A stretch of DNA of 63,422 nucleotides, the filler included, from Nemertoderma westbladi (taxonomy: Eukaryota; Animalia; Xenacoelomorpha), in the NCBI GenBank assembly GCA_032718475.1. It is 3 parts of 3 records of this genome, joined end to end, with 100 filler letters (N's around TTAATTAATTAA, not from the genome) between each part and the next. Parts side by side here need not be neighbours in the genome. Positions count along the whole stretch, not along the records: positions 49,551 to 63,422 come from JAUCBJ010006742.1; 2 more parts are not named here. One strand, 5' to 3'. The notes beneath the pieces were generated by a model, which was not told the origin of the DNA, ran no database searches, and worked only from the letters and a program-made list of their open reading frames with translations. Position numbers and translations under genes: made by a program. This document shows positions 49,451 to 61,991 of the stretch, piece by piece. The first letter of the stretch is position 1. The number at the start of each line of letters is the position of its first letter.

Positions 49451-49550
49451 NNNNNNNNNNNNNNNNNNNNNNNNNNNNNNNNNNNNNNNNNNNNTTAATT
49501 AATTAANNNNNNNNNNNNNNNNNNNNNNNNNNNNNNNNNNNNNNNNNNNN
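49451..49550. other. Artificial assembly linker (44 N + TTAATTAATTAA + 44 N)
   Basis: Same structure as 24725-24824. Confidence 0.95.
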
Positions 49551-50819
49551 GTCGGTAGAGGACGCTCTAGGACATGAGACACGTAGTAAAGTTAATTGTT
49601 AAAGATGTCCCAACATTATTTTAGCTTTGTATTGTATTTATTTGTGTGCAATTAAAAGGTCATGGTACAATCAAATCAATCCCATCAAATCAAATCCATT
49701 CGTATTTTGAGTTTTTTCGAATTTGTTTTACAAATACAGGTTTAAATTTCAACTTTAAATTGCAAAACACATATTAATAGCGGTATCTAAGGTAACAATC
49801 GGGGGGGGGGGGGGGGGGGGGGGTGGTTGTTGGGTTAATTAACATAGTCCTGTGGTCGGTTAGTTATAATAAATATAAAAAAAATTATTTAAATGATAAT
49901 GGTCCGCTTTTCAAAAATGTGCCCTACCCCACTCCAGATGCTCCCTACGTCCATGATACAGGTAAAGCTAGTAATTGGCTTGGAGGAGGGAGGGGGAACT
50001 GGAGGTACGTCGTAAACCCTCCCACGAAATTGTTTATACTAATTAGTTGGGTAATTAGTTGTATTTGGAATCCTTGCAAGACAAGCTTTTTATTGATATG
50101 AAAAAATAAAGTTACTAAACATTAGTGTTTGATAATTTTTTAAATATTTCAAAAAATATTCGTTCTAGAACATTATTTTTTAAAAATAAAATAGCTAGTC
50201 ATGTTCTGGTATATTTCAAAAAATAAATTCAAAAACTTAACTAGATAGTATATTAAATTTGGTCTTTCTGACTATCCGACAATCTGTCCATCATATATAA
50301 GAAAAGGATCAGTTTAGTTTAATACCTGGAGTATACTACCCCCCCCCCCCCCCCCCCCCATAGAGTTTCGTGGAGCTATACTTACCATGGAGCTATAGAG
50401 TTTCGATAAAGCTGTAAAGTTTCCCCCAGGATAATAATAATAATTTTATAAAGGCTTTATTTAATTAACCTAATCTTACTTAAAAATCATGACAACTAAA
50501 TTATTGTTTACAAATACATTTCAACGGATACAATAAATTTGTTAAATACACTCTAATTATATTGACGCAAAGGAACAACAGATATCAAGAGAGAGACTTT
50601 CAGTCTGGATTTCCGCATAGAAAAATAGTTTTACAATAATTAGTATTAATTATTATGGGTAGAATGTATTCGAATATTTCAAGTGATTATTTCAATGAAA
50701 CGTTGCAAATTATGACTACAACACTGTTGATAACGGTTATAAGATAAGATAGTCTCTATACCATGTTATGTAGCAATCATAATAATAATCAGATTACACA
50801 TCTTTACTTTAGGAAACAT

Positions 50820-50990
50820 AAATAGGTACAAGACCATACACAACTGTTACATAATAGGTACAAAATGTACGCAACTTGGTACATAGTAGGTGTAAAAGGT
50901 ACACAACTTGGTACATAATAAGTACAAAAGGTACACAACTTGGTACAATGGGTACAAAAGTTACACAACTTGGTACATTGTAGGTACAAA
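50820..50990. repeat. ~33-bp imperfect tandem repeat (GGTACACAACTTGGTACAT...)
   Basis: ACAACTTGGTACA recurs ~4 times; abuts the DDX1 fragment. Confidence 0.75.
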
Positions 50991-50991
50991 A

Positions 50992-51864
50992 CGGCGCCCG
51001 GGATACAATGGTGTACCCGGAAAGAAGATGCGCAGATAAACGGATAAATTCGGCGAAAATAAACATAATTTCAGCATTCTTTAAAGATACCGACAGACCA
51101 CAGACTGCGGGAATACAGGAATAACGGGAGTTTGCGTAAATTAGCGGGAATCTCGAACTGTCGAAAGCTTTCCCGAGATCACTTCCGTTTTTACTGTACC
51201 GGTACCCAATTGTGCCCACATCCAGATCGATCCGATAACCGATCACGTCGCCTAGTCCATATGGTTGTCCATAGTCGTCAAAATGCCGCCCGAAACACTT
51301 CTTACCGTTTCCTCCGAAGCCAAAACTATTTTTATCAGTCCCGATATCGAGTGTCGCGCTTCCGGTGCTCCAACTAACCCGGCATGGGCCCTCGCACCTC
51401 GTCCTTTACCGTCGCCTCGTAATAGCTGAATAGTAACGAAACGACCGGATCCGACTATTCCTTTAGTCGTCCGGGTACCGTGCCAACTCCTCTGGCCACG
51501 CGCATGACACAGCAACCGTCCGGGGAGATGGCCAACTGGTCACCTCTATCGCTCTATCGAATGAGTTCAACTGAAATTTCGTAGGCCTAGTTCTTCCCCC
51601 CGATTTCCCATCGAGTTTTCCATCTCGGAGTTTGTACCGTAGAGTTTCATGGACCAGCTGTAGTATCGGGATACAGAATGCCCCGGTCTTCCCGCTTCCG
51701 CCGCCATCAGCACAGTCTCCACCGCCCAGGATCAGAGCTGCAGAGGGACAGCCTCACCCTGCAAGTTGGTCGGTAGACTCCATTCCAGGACATCCAACAG
51801 TCCAACGCGCGTCCGATTTCCTTCTGAACACCACAGTCAGCTACAGAGCTACGAATGATCCCAT
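50992..51864 (-). pseudogene. DDX1: Intronless, frameshifted 5' fragment of DEAD-box helicase DDX1 (Q motif, motif I, SPRY insertion)
   Basis: Pieced across frames: EWSLPTNLQGEAVP, LILGGGD, SGKTGAFCIPILQLVHETL, FQLNSFDR, WHGTRTTKG, CRVSWST..ATLDIGTDKNSFGFGGNGKK...FDDYG...GDVIG..IDLD.G....SKNGSDLGKAF, LKNAE. Confidence 0.85.
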
Positions 51865-52710
51865 ACTGTGTACTGCAGTACTGCCATACCTGCATACTGC
51901 AGTACTGCCATGCCATATACAATAGCCTAATGCAATAGGCCAATACAGCAATAGTCATACAACCAGACTGCGTTCAGTGTTAGGCAAAACAGAAGTAGGC
52001 CTAGCCTAAGCAGCTAGGCTTGTACAGTCTGCAGTCTGACAGTTGTAGCTACAATAATTGCCGAAATGCATCGGATCGGATCGGATCGGACGGCATCTGA
52101 CTATAAATGCACCCTAGCAGGATTCTCGATTCAGGGATTGAGTACAGCCTGACAGTACCGGTACACATGGTACATGCAGAATTGCAAAATTTGTCAGAAA
52201 ACCAGCTGATTTATCCTACAGTAATAATAATTTAACGCATTTTAAATTTGGATAAATAAATTTATTATAACTGCAATAACAGTTACACTGATGCTGCACG
52301 AAGGCCCCACGCAAATTCTACTTGGAAAATTTTCAAACTTTTGCCAAACAACATGTGTACCAAGTTTGGATAGATTTCATCAAGGATTGGCCGAGTTATT
52401 AACGTTTAAAATAAAATACTGAAAAAAAAACGCGACAGAACGACAGAACGACAGAACGACAGAACGACAGGTTGATTAATGGTACCACTACGCTAAGGCT
52501 CACTCACTTCGTGGCTCGCCCCACATTCCATATTATTTGGAGGCAATGGCTGAATAGCCGCGTAAGGTTAAACTGCAACAGAGGTGTATGTAAACCGAAA
52601 CAAATAGGCCACGGTCACTCACAAAGGCCTGAATGAGATGATATGAGTATGACAAGCAGCTTTGAAGTATTGGCTACCCCATAAACTATAGTATCTGTAT
52701 GAGATGGCAG

Positions 52711-53046
52711 AGTATCTCCGGGCCTGAGATAGTATCTCCGGGCCGGACTTAGTATCTCAGGGCCTGAGATAGTATCTCCGGGCCGGACTTAGTATCTCAG
52801 GGCCTGAGATAGTATCTCCGGGCCTGAGATCTCCGGGCCGGACTTAGTATCTCCGGGCCTGAGATAGTATCTCCGGGCCGGACTTAGTATCTCCGGGCCT
52901 GAGATAGTATCTCCGGGCCGGACTTAGTATCTCCGGGCCTGAGATAGTATCTCCGGGCCGGACTTAGTATCTCCGGGCCTGAGATAGTATCTCCGGGCCG
53001 GACTTAGTATCTCCGGGCCTGAGATAGTATCTCCGGGCCGGACTTA
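52711..53046. repeat. 40-bp dimeric repeat of alternating 20-mers AGTATCTCCGGGCCTGAGAT / AGTATCTCCGGGCCGGACTT
   Basis: Read directly, ~8 dimers. Confidence 0.9.
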
Positions 53047-54615
53047 GAAAATAAAGGGGGAAACCCATGTCCCTTTAGGGGCTCCGTAGCATAGAGACCA
53101 TTAAAGGGTCATCTTATGCATGCAAAAGAAAATTTGATCAAATGCAAATCACTCAGTCAGACCTGATCTTTTGCTGTTCAAATACCGGTAGGTGACTTTG
53201 CTTATATGCAGCAACATTTTACGGTACAATTTGATGCGAAAATGTTTTTGCCAGTAATCTAAAGTCTGAACCTTCCATTGGGGTCCCAGGTCACTCGTGT
53301 ACTGTGGTCACTGTATCTGGCTCTTGATTGGTTTGAATTTTCAAACGCGGAAAATGTACTACCTAGGCCTTGAAATTTTATGGTAAGATTTTATGCGAAT
53401 ATATGTTTTGGATGGCGTTCTGAATCTCGCATTGAAGTCCCAAGTCACCCCCATACCATGGTCATCAGATACGGCGCCTGATTGGCTAATTCTTTGAACG
53501 ACGACAACTCGAGTTTGCTTCACTTTGGGATGACGTTTGGAGGCTAGAAATATTCTCTGGAGGATGCCCTAACTCACTGACTATGTTTTATAGCCATTGC
53601 ATTGCCGGTTTTTGCTACGTGGCCTATGATTGGTTGACTATATCTCTGAATATGGTTGGCTATATCTCAAGAAGTATCCACTTTGGAATGATGGAGTTTA
53701 ATTTAAAATGTTATCTGGGGTGTTCCCGACCCCACTAAAGACATCCAATTGCTGTATGACTACCGGTTCAACACTTTTGATTGTTTGAATATGTTTGAAA
53801 ATTTTGCACATAATTTATGAAGAAGAATTCATTTTTATGCAAGGAATACTCACCGACATGTCTGGTGTATTATAAAAGTCGCTGGGGATGAACAATTGTA
53901 ATTGAAATACTTTTTCATTTATTTTGCTCTGTGATTAAGTTGGGCTTTAAAAGTTCAATATTACAATTTGTATTCAATATTACTTTTTTTTGTGTTTTTT
54001 GTTAATTTGAGTATTTCTCTATTTGCTTGTATTGTATTTTTGGTGTATCCTTTTGTTATTAATTTTGTTATGAATTATTTTTATAAACTCTGGATCCTCC
54101 TTCGTTAATTCAGGGACCACCCTCGTTAAATCAGAACCACCTTCGTTAATAATATTATAAGGTTTTGAGTTGATTGAAAGAGTGAAAGACTGAGTTGGTT
54201 TTAAATGACCTGCTTTTATTGTAATTCCATTTCTTGTGATGTGTTACATGCCACAAATTTCTGTAATATAAATAGGGGTCTACGCGCCCGTCGATTTATA
54301 CGAGTATTTGGAATATTACGCCCATGTATACTTATTTATATATGTAAGCCTACAAGTATAAACAATACTGACATTAAACAAAATCAAGGTACGCAATTAT
54401 TAGTAACCATCAGCAACATGTGTTAATAATGACTCTAGTAATACCCTAATTTTATAGAACAATACCACATGGACATGGCAGTCGGCCATGCACTCGCATG
54501 GCCCAAATGCTCCATTTGCGCTTCAGGACAAGCCTGACCAATGATGGCATGCTTGAGCATGTAGTTGATTTCTGCTGATATGGATCTGTAAGTCAGGTGA
54601 AGACCTTCATATATA

Positions 54616-55088
54616 CAGTCCCGCTCTCAAAAAGCATTCCTTTGATCAAACATTGATCAAACATTGATCAAAGTTTGATCAAATATTGAAATGTATCAGG
54701 CTTATAAATCCTGCCATTGAGTTCTACCAAAGGCGCTGCACTTCAAAGTCTAGATTCCCAATGAGCCGTGTGTCTGTCAATCACATAGCGACTTGGCCAT
54801 TAACAAAAGCCAGTTCTCGGCGGGAATCTAAGTTCAAAGGCTTGCCGCAGTTGAGAGATGTAAACTGTTACCTTGAAATCATTTCAATGTCATTTCAATA
54901 TGAGACAGAAAGTCTGGAATTTCGGTGCGTCGATTTCAAGGTCATTTCAATATACCATCAATGTCATTTCAATGTCAATGCTACTTTCAATGATATTCTA
55001 TGGACATATTTTGATCAAACTTTGATCAATGTTTGATCAAAGTTTGATCAATGTTTGATCAAAGGAATGCTTTTTGAGAGCGGGACTG
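54616..55088. mobile_element. Tc1/mariner-like MITE
   Basis: TIR CAGTCCCGCTCTCAAAAAGCATTCCTTTGATCAAAC with 11-bp TTGATCAA subrepeats; TA on both flanks (54614-15, 55089-90). Confidence 0.85.
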
Positions 55089-56699
55089 TATGTAAGGAAA
55101 GGCATATTGAATATTGTGTCCAGGAGTTGGAAGTGCCAAAGAATAAAACAGAATCTCAATGCTGAATCATTCATGGCAACAGTAGAACCAGCACATAAAG
55201 GAGTCCATGCTATATGGCATATACACAAGAATGATAAGCTGGATCTTTAATCAGAACCTATAAAACATTGGAAGTGTCTCATTAGTTCCCCCCAAACTTG
55301 ACACTTGAACTAATCCACATCAACTTTGCAGGATATTGATTTCGCTGTGAGGTCCAGCCAGTGCTTGTGCTTCGGGGTGAATAGGAGAGAATAGGAAGGG
55401 TTGACAGCCCATGACTTTCTTGAGGCACTTCGGGAATGGCACTGCTTTGAAAATATGTATGATGTAGCGAAAGTCTTGGGTGAAAGGGAGTTGTGGCAGC
55501 ACCATTTTTTCCACAAGCCGGCATAGGATTCTTAATTAATATATAAATATGTAAGGTAATATTATGGGTTTGTTCATAAATTGAAAAAATGAGGAAGCAC
55601 GACAGGGTCAGTGGCAAGACGCTGATCTGGTTAGAGCTATACTGATGAGGCCGTTATTGTTTTGGTTAGAAAAAGCCGTTTCTGTAACCTGCTCCTTTCC
55701 CTCAATTGGTAACTAAAATTAGGTGTTAATTGTTTATTGGGGGAAGGTTGCTCGCGGGCGAAGATTGCCTTCGGGCGAAGGTTTCGCCCGGGCGAGGGTT
55801 GCACGCAGGCCAGGGTTGGACGCAGGCGAAGATTGGAAGTGGGTGAAGATTTCCCGCGGGCGAAAATTGCAACCAACCCTGGAAACTCCCCCAATTACCC
55901 TCACCCAATGGGAGAACTTTATTCTTTTAGCCTGAATCTCTCTGCTTGGTTCACAATACACCCAGGGTAGCCCTTCTCGTTCATAATATCCAAGAAACTC
56001 AGAGTTATATAAAGTTGGTGTGTACATTAATGGACACTGGGACCTGTACATTTCAATTATGATTTTAACGTGAATTATTAATATTAGAAATCCCTGCTAC
56101 GGAAAGACTTCAAGCTTTCTCGGTTTCCCGGTTTCTCTTTTTCCCTCTTCGCAGAGTTTTTTCTTTTTTTCTATGGAGTTACGTACCGTACATTATTTTT
56201 ATCTAAATGAAGACATTAAAAACATCTGGAAAATAGAAATCACTGTGATTTTGAACTAACTTGGAAAGGCTGAAGAAGTCCGTAAAGTACAAGTCGTTGT
56301 AAGACCGTGTTATATACGAGCTATACTGAGTCAGTCATCATGACCGAGAAACCAAAACACTAAGTGAAAAACTTATCGACTTTACTTTTACTAAAGCTAA
56401 CAAATAAAATCAGAATAAATTAATAAAAAACATAAAATTTAACATAAAATTAAACTGAATAAAAACAGCAGTGATGATGTCTTTTATGATCTTCATCAAT
56501 GTAATATAAACGTTACATGTCCTCCAGAGATTCCAAATCCAGGCTTCTAGCCGAAAAGGAACAGGTTTCGGAACCTTGCAAGGCCGTGGGTTAGGGTTCG
56601 GGAATGGTCGGTTAGTTTATTCCAAAACAACTTTAGTAATAGTAAAGTTTGTTACTCCCCTTTCCTAATTTCACTGACACGCCAGGCACTACTAGCTTT

Positions 56700-56985
56700 C
56701 TTTCTTTCTTTCATTCTGTTTGCAGACGACACAAATATTTTTATATCCGGAAAAAATTTAACTGAAACATTCAAAACTTTGAACATCGAACTATCTAAAG
56801 TTTCAAAATGGCTTGCATTAAATAAACTGTCAATAAATATAACTAAAACTAAATATGTAATATGTAATATTTTCCACTCATCTGCACCTAATAAAAAAAA
56901 AAATCTCTCCATCTCTATAGGTATTTCGGTAATTGAAGAGACTGATAAAATTAAATTATTGGGAATAATATTACACAACTCACAA
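56700..56985 (+). pseudogene. Non-LTR RT fragment
   Basis: ILFADDTNIF...ELSKVSKWLALNKLSINITKTK...KLLGIIL. Confidence 0.8.
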
Positions 56986-57301
56986 ACTTTTACGTTAAAG
57001 GAAGTGTGTTAGCACTTGGAAATACTTTTAAAAACCGTTAAGGACCTTCTCGTGCGAGAAATCCAGTACATACTTGATTAAATAAAATAGAACTAATGGC
57101 GATCGTTCTAGAACATACAACATTTACTATATGTACTTTATGTAAATTAAATTGTCAAAACTACATAATAAAAAATTATAAAGACGAAATATTCGAATAA
57201 TAACTTAATTATAAGTAAATAGCTAACATTCCTTGTTGTTCCATAAAGGTGTCGATTAGTATACACATGAATCAACTTCACTTATGGATTAAACATCACA
57301 G

Positions 57302-57475
57302 ATATGGACGATAGTGAAAAACATTTGAGTAGAATTGTCGCCGACCGTAACGATGCTTACCTAAAGAAACCGAGTACTTTTACAACACTGAATGCAATAC
57401 CAACACATAATGCTCATAATAAGCCCACTTGGTTCCCTTCACGATGTCTCCCGCCGATACCGTCTATTAGTTCAG
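57302..57475 (+). CDS. Possible upstream exon of the tyrosine phosphatase gene
   Basis: CAG acceptor, open frame, CAG|GTATGT donor; phase 1 matches the exon at 58025; no recognisable domain. Confidence 0.45.
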
Positions 57476-58024
57476 GTATGTGTGCCGATAGAACGCGGCG
57501 ATATCACGGGGTTTAAAATAATAGGTTGCCCAACTGGACCGCCAAATGAAAGAAAATTTAAAAACCACCACCATACACCGACGTGAAAATGAATATTGAA
57601 TTTAATATGGTTTAATTCATACATAATAAATTTAGTTGCGTTTAAAATGTCGCATCAAATTTTATAGTTTTATTTCTATTTGCAGATGATTCATTATAAG
57701 TAAACTATTGTCTCTCGTTTATTGTTTATTGTCTCTCGTTTATTGTTTTGGATAGATATTGGATATTGCAGTATTGCAAAAACATTAATAACAACAGAAC
57801 ACACATAAAAGACAAAGTTAAAAAAGTTGTTTTAAAAAAATACTACAGTACATAGTATTAAAAAAACACTAGCTACATCTAAAACACTAGCTAACATCTA
57901 AAACACTAGCTACCTTAAATAACAAATCAATACCGGTAAGAAAAAGTACAGAAAATGATGAGCTGACGGGAGCGTGTGACTTTGCTACATCCGCGATCCG
58001 CGTAGTGAATTTTTAATTGTACAG

Positions 58025-58401
58025 ATCGTGGCATTCAGCCGGAGAACCACCAACACAATCTACCGGGATGCCGAAGCCCGGACTCCGATACTGACGAGGA
58101 CTGTCTGAATCCGAGTAACGACATCCCGGATAGCGACGTAACTCAGCAACTCGAGAGTTTCAGCAGCCCGTGGTCCTGGGTCGAATTGTTGGAGCCGCCC
58201 AACCCCGTCGACGGCGTCCCAGTGCCCGTCCAACTCAGATTCGAGTTCGTGCCCATTCCAGAAAACCTCGCGAAAGTAATTGTCGCAGTTCGATGGAAGA
58301 ACCGGTACCAATCCAAACAGGCCAACCTCCACTCCAGGGTCCCGTTGCAGACATCCTCATCCGACCCAGTCGACTCGTACATCAATGCAAACTTTATTGA
58401 T
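58025..58401 (+). CDS. Protein tyrosine phosphatase exon (PTPRR/PTPN5/PTPN7-like)
   Basis: KNRY....N.HSRV.L....DP.DSYINANFI; AG acceptor 58023-24; GTAAGT donor at 58402. Confidence 0.85.
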
Positions 58402-58847
58402 GTAAGTATAATCTGCCTAAATACTTTGAATTTAGAAACTATAATTGATGCAAATCCCATCTGAGGCTGAGCGAATCAACATGTTAATTTCTAAGCAATA
58501 AGGGAAAGGACCAGGTTCATTGTAATATAAAAGGAAGGATTTTTTATGTTTATTGTACTTCCTGCCTGGTAATTAATACTTCTCTGCTTCTTGAAGTCTT
58601 CTGCAAGAACTCTTTTGGACTCTAAAGGTACCAGATTTCAAAGGTACCCTAAATGTACCAGTTTTTGGCTACCGGGGGGACTCTACCAACTCTAGTAGGA
58701 GTACCAGGCGTTCGGATTCGTAAGGAGAAGGCATGGGCAGCAGGATTTGGAAGTCCCATAGAATACAGTACTCCTGGGAGCCATGTTGGGCTCTATGTAT
58801 AATAACAAACACCTCGAAAAATACAGCTTGCCAACACATTGTTATGG

Positions 58848-59745
58848 CATACATTTAGTATTAATATTAAATGTTTTTTTTCTCAGTGTATTTATTTTCT
58901 CAATGATTTTTTTCTCAATGTATTTATTTTCTCAATGTTTTTTTTTCTCAATATTTGATTGGTCATGCTTTTTTTCTCAACATCTGATTGGTCAAATCTA
59001 AAATAATTTTTTCCTCAATGTTTTTTCTCAATGTATTTATTTTCTCAATGATTTTTTTCTTAATGTATTTATTTTCTCAGTGTATTTTTCTCAATTTATT
59101 TATTTTCTCAATGTTTTTTTCTCGATGTATATATTTTCTCAATGTTTTTTTCTCAATGTATTTATTTTCTCAATGTTTTTTTTCTCAATGGATTTATTTT
59201 CTCAATGTTTTTTCTCTCGATGTATTTAATTTCTCAATGTTTTTTTTTCTCAATATCTGATTGGTCAAACCGTGTATTTATTTTTGTAATGTTTTTTTTC
59301 TCTATATCTGATTGGCCAGCCTTGCCTTTTTTTGCTCAATATCTGATTGGATAAACCGTGAATTTTTTTCTTAATATCCGATTGGCTAATCCGTGTATTT
59401 ATTTTCTCAATATCTGATTGGATGAGCCCTGCCTTTTTTTGCTCAATATCTGATTAGCCTAGCCTACCGGTTCAATAGGCAGAGAGGTGGACCAGAGGGC
59501 TGGAGGTGTGACCAATCAGATATTGAGAAAAAAGTTCACGGTTTATCCAATCAGTTATTAAGCAAAAAAAGGCAAGGCTGGCCAATCAGATATAGAGAAA
59601 AAAACTTTACAAAAATAAATACATGGTTTGACCAATCAGATATTGAGAAAAAAAAACAATGAGAAATTAAATACATTGAGAGAAAAAAACATTGAGAAAA
59701 TAAATACACTGAGAAAAAACATTGAATATTAATACTAAATGTATG
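58848..59745. mobile_element. Palindromic (foldback/MITE-like) element in the PTP intron
   Basis: Ends CATACATTTAGTATTAATATT inverted; TTTTCTCAATG arrays and ATCTGATTGG motifs mirrored; TSD not resolved. Confidence 0.7.
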
Positions 59746-60497
59746 GACTGAGTACCCGGTGCCACATAAATACCTCTATATCCTTGCATCGAATGCCGCC
59801 ACTCCATCGTGCGAAAAAGAAGCCAGCCAGTGTTAAAAGCGAATATCTAAAGAAATATCGAAAGTGTTAGCATTAAGTAAAACAGTAGGCCTACTATATG
59901 GACCATATGGATATAGTTGAATTTTAAAATTATGTTGTCATGTATATAAGAAGGCACTGTCGTAAACTAACTAAAGCCCCAAAGGATATTTTAATTTTAA
60001 CTTATATTGCAATTTCTTTTCTATTGAAATGTTAAATTATTTTACTCCCGTATTTTATTTGATATTTTATTTGCCTGTTTGTTATTTAAAATTACTTTAT
60101 TTACCTACTATCATACGAGACATATTTATACGTTTTATACCATTACAACATAACTATTTTATTTATCTTATCAATATATTTTAGATATGTTTATACTTAC
60201 TGTTATAACCCATTTGGTTATTGTATTAATTATACAGTATATGATCTCAATAAATCAATTCCAATATTTTAGAAGTGTAAACACAGTCACAGACTTAAAC
60301 TGTATTGGGAGCTACGACGGGTGGTTAGTCTCTGCTCCATATGGAGTCGACTTGTCTGTTGTTGTAAGTTTGGGCATCGGTTTTTCGTGTTTTTGCAATC
60401 GCGATGTTAACATAAGGTCACCTTTTGCTGTACGTACGTATCGATCGCCTAAAACTTCCCAATAGTCCTTGTGTTTCTTGATAACCAGCCTGTTTAA

Positions 60498-61218
60498 GGG
60501 GGGGGGGGGGGGGGTACACCATTTTGGTCAAAAATATGTCGAAATTTTTTTTATGATCTATTATAATGCACCATTGAATGGTGTTTCCAAATCTGAAAAC
60601 CGCTATTTAATAGCTCTTTTAGTTTTAAAGTTATAACAATTTCCATTTAGGGATTCCTATTGAAATTACTATTACTATGTATAATGAAATGTCGATTATC
60701 TCCAAATATTTTTTTTATGAAATTGTCAACTTCAAAACCCTACTACTTCTACAATTTTTGAGCAATTAGTCTGAAACTTTCTGTGGGTGTCTACATAGCC
60801 ACCCTGCATAAAAGTATCAGACAACTTTTCGAAATTATTTGTTAATAAAATTTAATACTATTTATAACAAACCTAAAAATTAGGCATAAATTTGCAGCGC
60901 CACCTAGCGGTGCAGAATTATTTTCACAAAATTTCGCCTGATAGTTATGTTGCCCCATCTTTGATCTATCATATAAAAAAACTTTCATGTGATTAGATTC
61001 AAAACTGAAAAAGCCTTAGGGTTTTAAGCGCAACCAAGTTTTTTTTGTTGTTAACTAGTATTAACTAATATTACATAGCGAAAAATAAAAATTTTCTAAC
61101 CTGTCATGTAGAATAGCATCTTAGGCACTTATATTCCAAATTTTACCCAAAACCAAACAATTTTGAAACGCTGGGAGTGATAAATCGAAGAGTTGTCCGA
61201 AAATGGTGTACCCCCCCC
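60498..61218. mobile_element. TTAA-flanked non-autonomous element (Kolobok-like termini)
   Basis: TTAA|G(n)TACACCATTTT ... AAAATGGTGTAC(n)|TTAA; TTAA at 60494-97 and 61219-22. Confidence 0.8.
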
Positions 61219-61320
61219 TTAATGTTGATATTTATAAATTTATTTGATAGAATTATGCATTACTTTCCGCTTATGTCGATCTTATCTTGTATCTTTATTA
61301 ACAATTATAATTTTCGCAAG

Positions 61321-61458
61321 GGATATGGAGGCGAGTCAAAGGCCTTTATAGCCACCCAGGGTCCAATAAGAGAAACAATTGACGATTTCTGGAACATGGC
61401 ATTCTATTGGAACTGTCCTGTTATTGTTATGTTAACGAAATTCAGGGAAAATCATGAG
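61321..61458 (+). CDS. PTP exon
   Basis: GYGGESKAFIATQGP..ETIDDFW.M....C.VIVMLT; AG and GTGAGT sites; phase 0. Confidence 0.9.
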
Positions 61459-61479
61459 GTGAGTAAATAAGACATGAGA

Positions 61480-61768
61480 GGCCCATGTGAAGTATACCAG
61501 ACTTTCTGCCGTTATATTTCACTTTGCAGTTACCCCCATGTGAAGAATACCAGGATTTCACCAAAAACACAGGTTACAGAAGGGCTGAATCTAACCAAAA
61601 CAATACACAAATTAGTATATGTACACTGTACAGGTTATAAGACAGAAATAAGCGCTATAAAACACTTAATAAAGGTAAATTAAAAAAAAATAAAAAATCT
61701 TCATATATAAAACTCCAATAAAAAAAAAGTCGACCGAAAAGTGAAATCCTGGTATTCTTTACACGGGC
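61480..61768. mobile_element. MULE-like MITE, copy 2 (inverted relative to 26053-26329)
   Basis: Same TIRs and body; GACATGAGA duplicated at 61471-79 and 61769-77. Confidence 0.9.
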
Positions 61769-61922
61769 GACATGAGATATGTACAGTAAGTATTTGTGTG
61801 TGTCATTCTTTAATAAATAACTTATTAAATGAACCGGTTATATATTCCATAGATCGGATATTGCGGCATCTGGTCGTGTAATATTTTTTTTGCATCTAAT
61901 CAAGGTTTTGTCTCTTCCATAG

Positions 61923-61991
61923 CGTAAATGCGAATGCTATTGGCCGATGCCAGACCAAGTTGGAGCGAATAACTGTTACGGCGAAATACAG
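61923..61991 (+). CDS. PTP exon
   Basis: RKCECYWP...YGEIQ (KCxxYWP motif); TAG acceptor, CAG|GTATGG donor. Confidence 0.85.

Noticed and set aside
53101-54215. Possible Kolobok-like element (TTAAAGGGTCAT ... ATGACCTGCTTT)
   Set aside because: Terminal match too short and imperfect; no second TTAA at the expected position.
58783-59354. Phe-rich ORFs
   Set aside because: Translations of the TTTTCTCAATG arrays in an intronic palindromic element.
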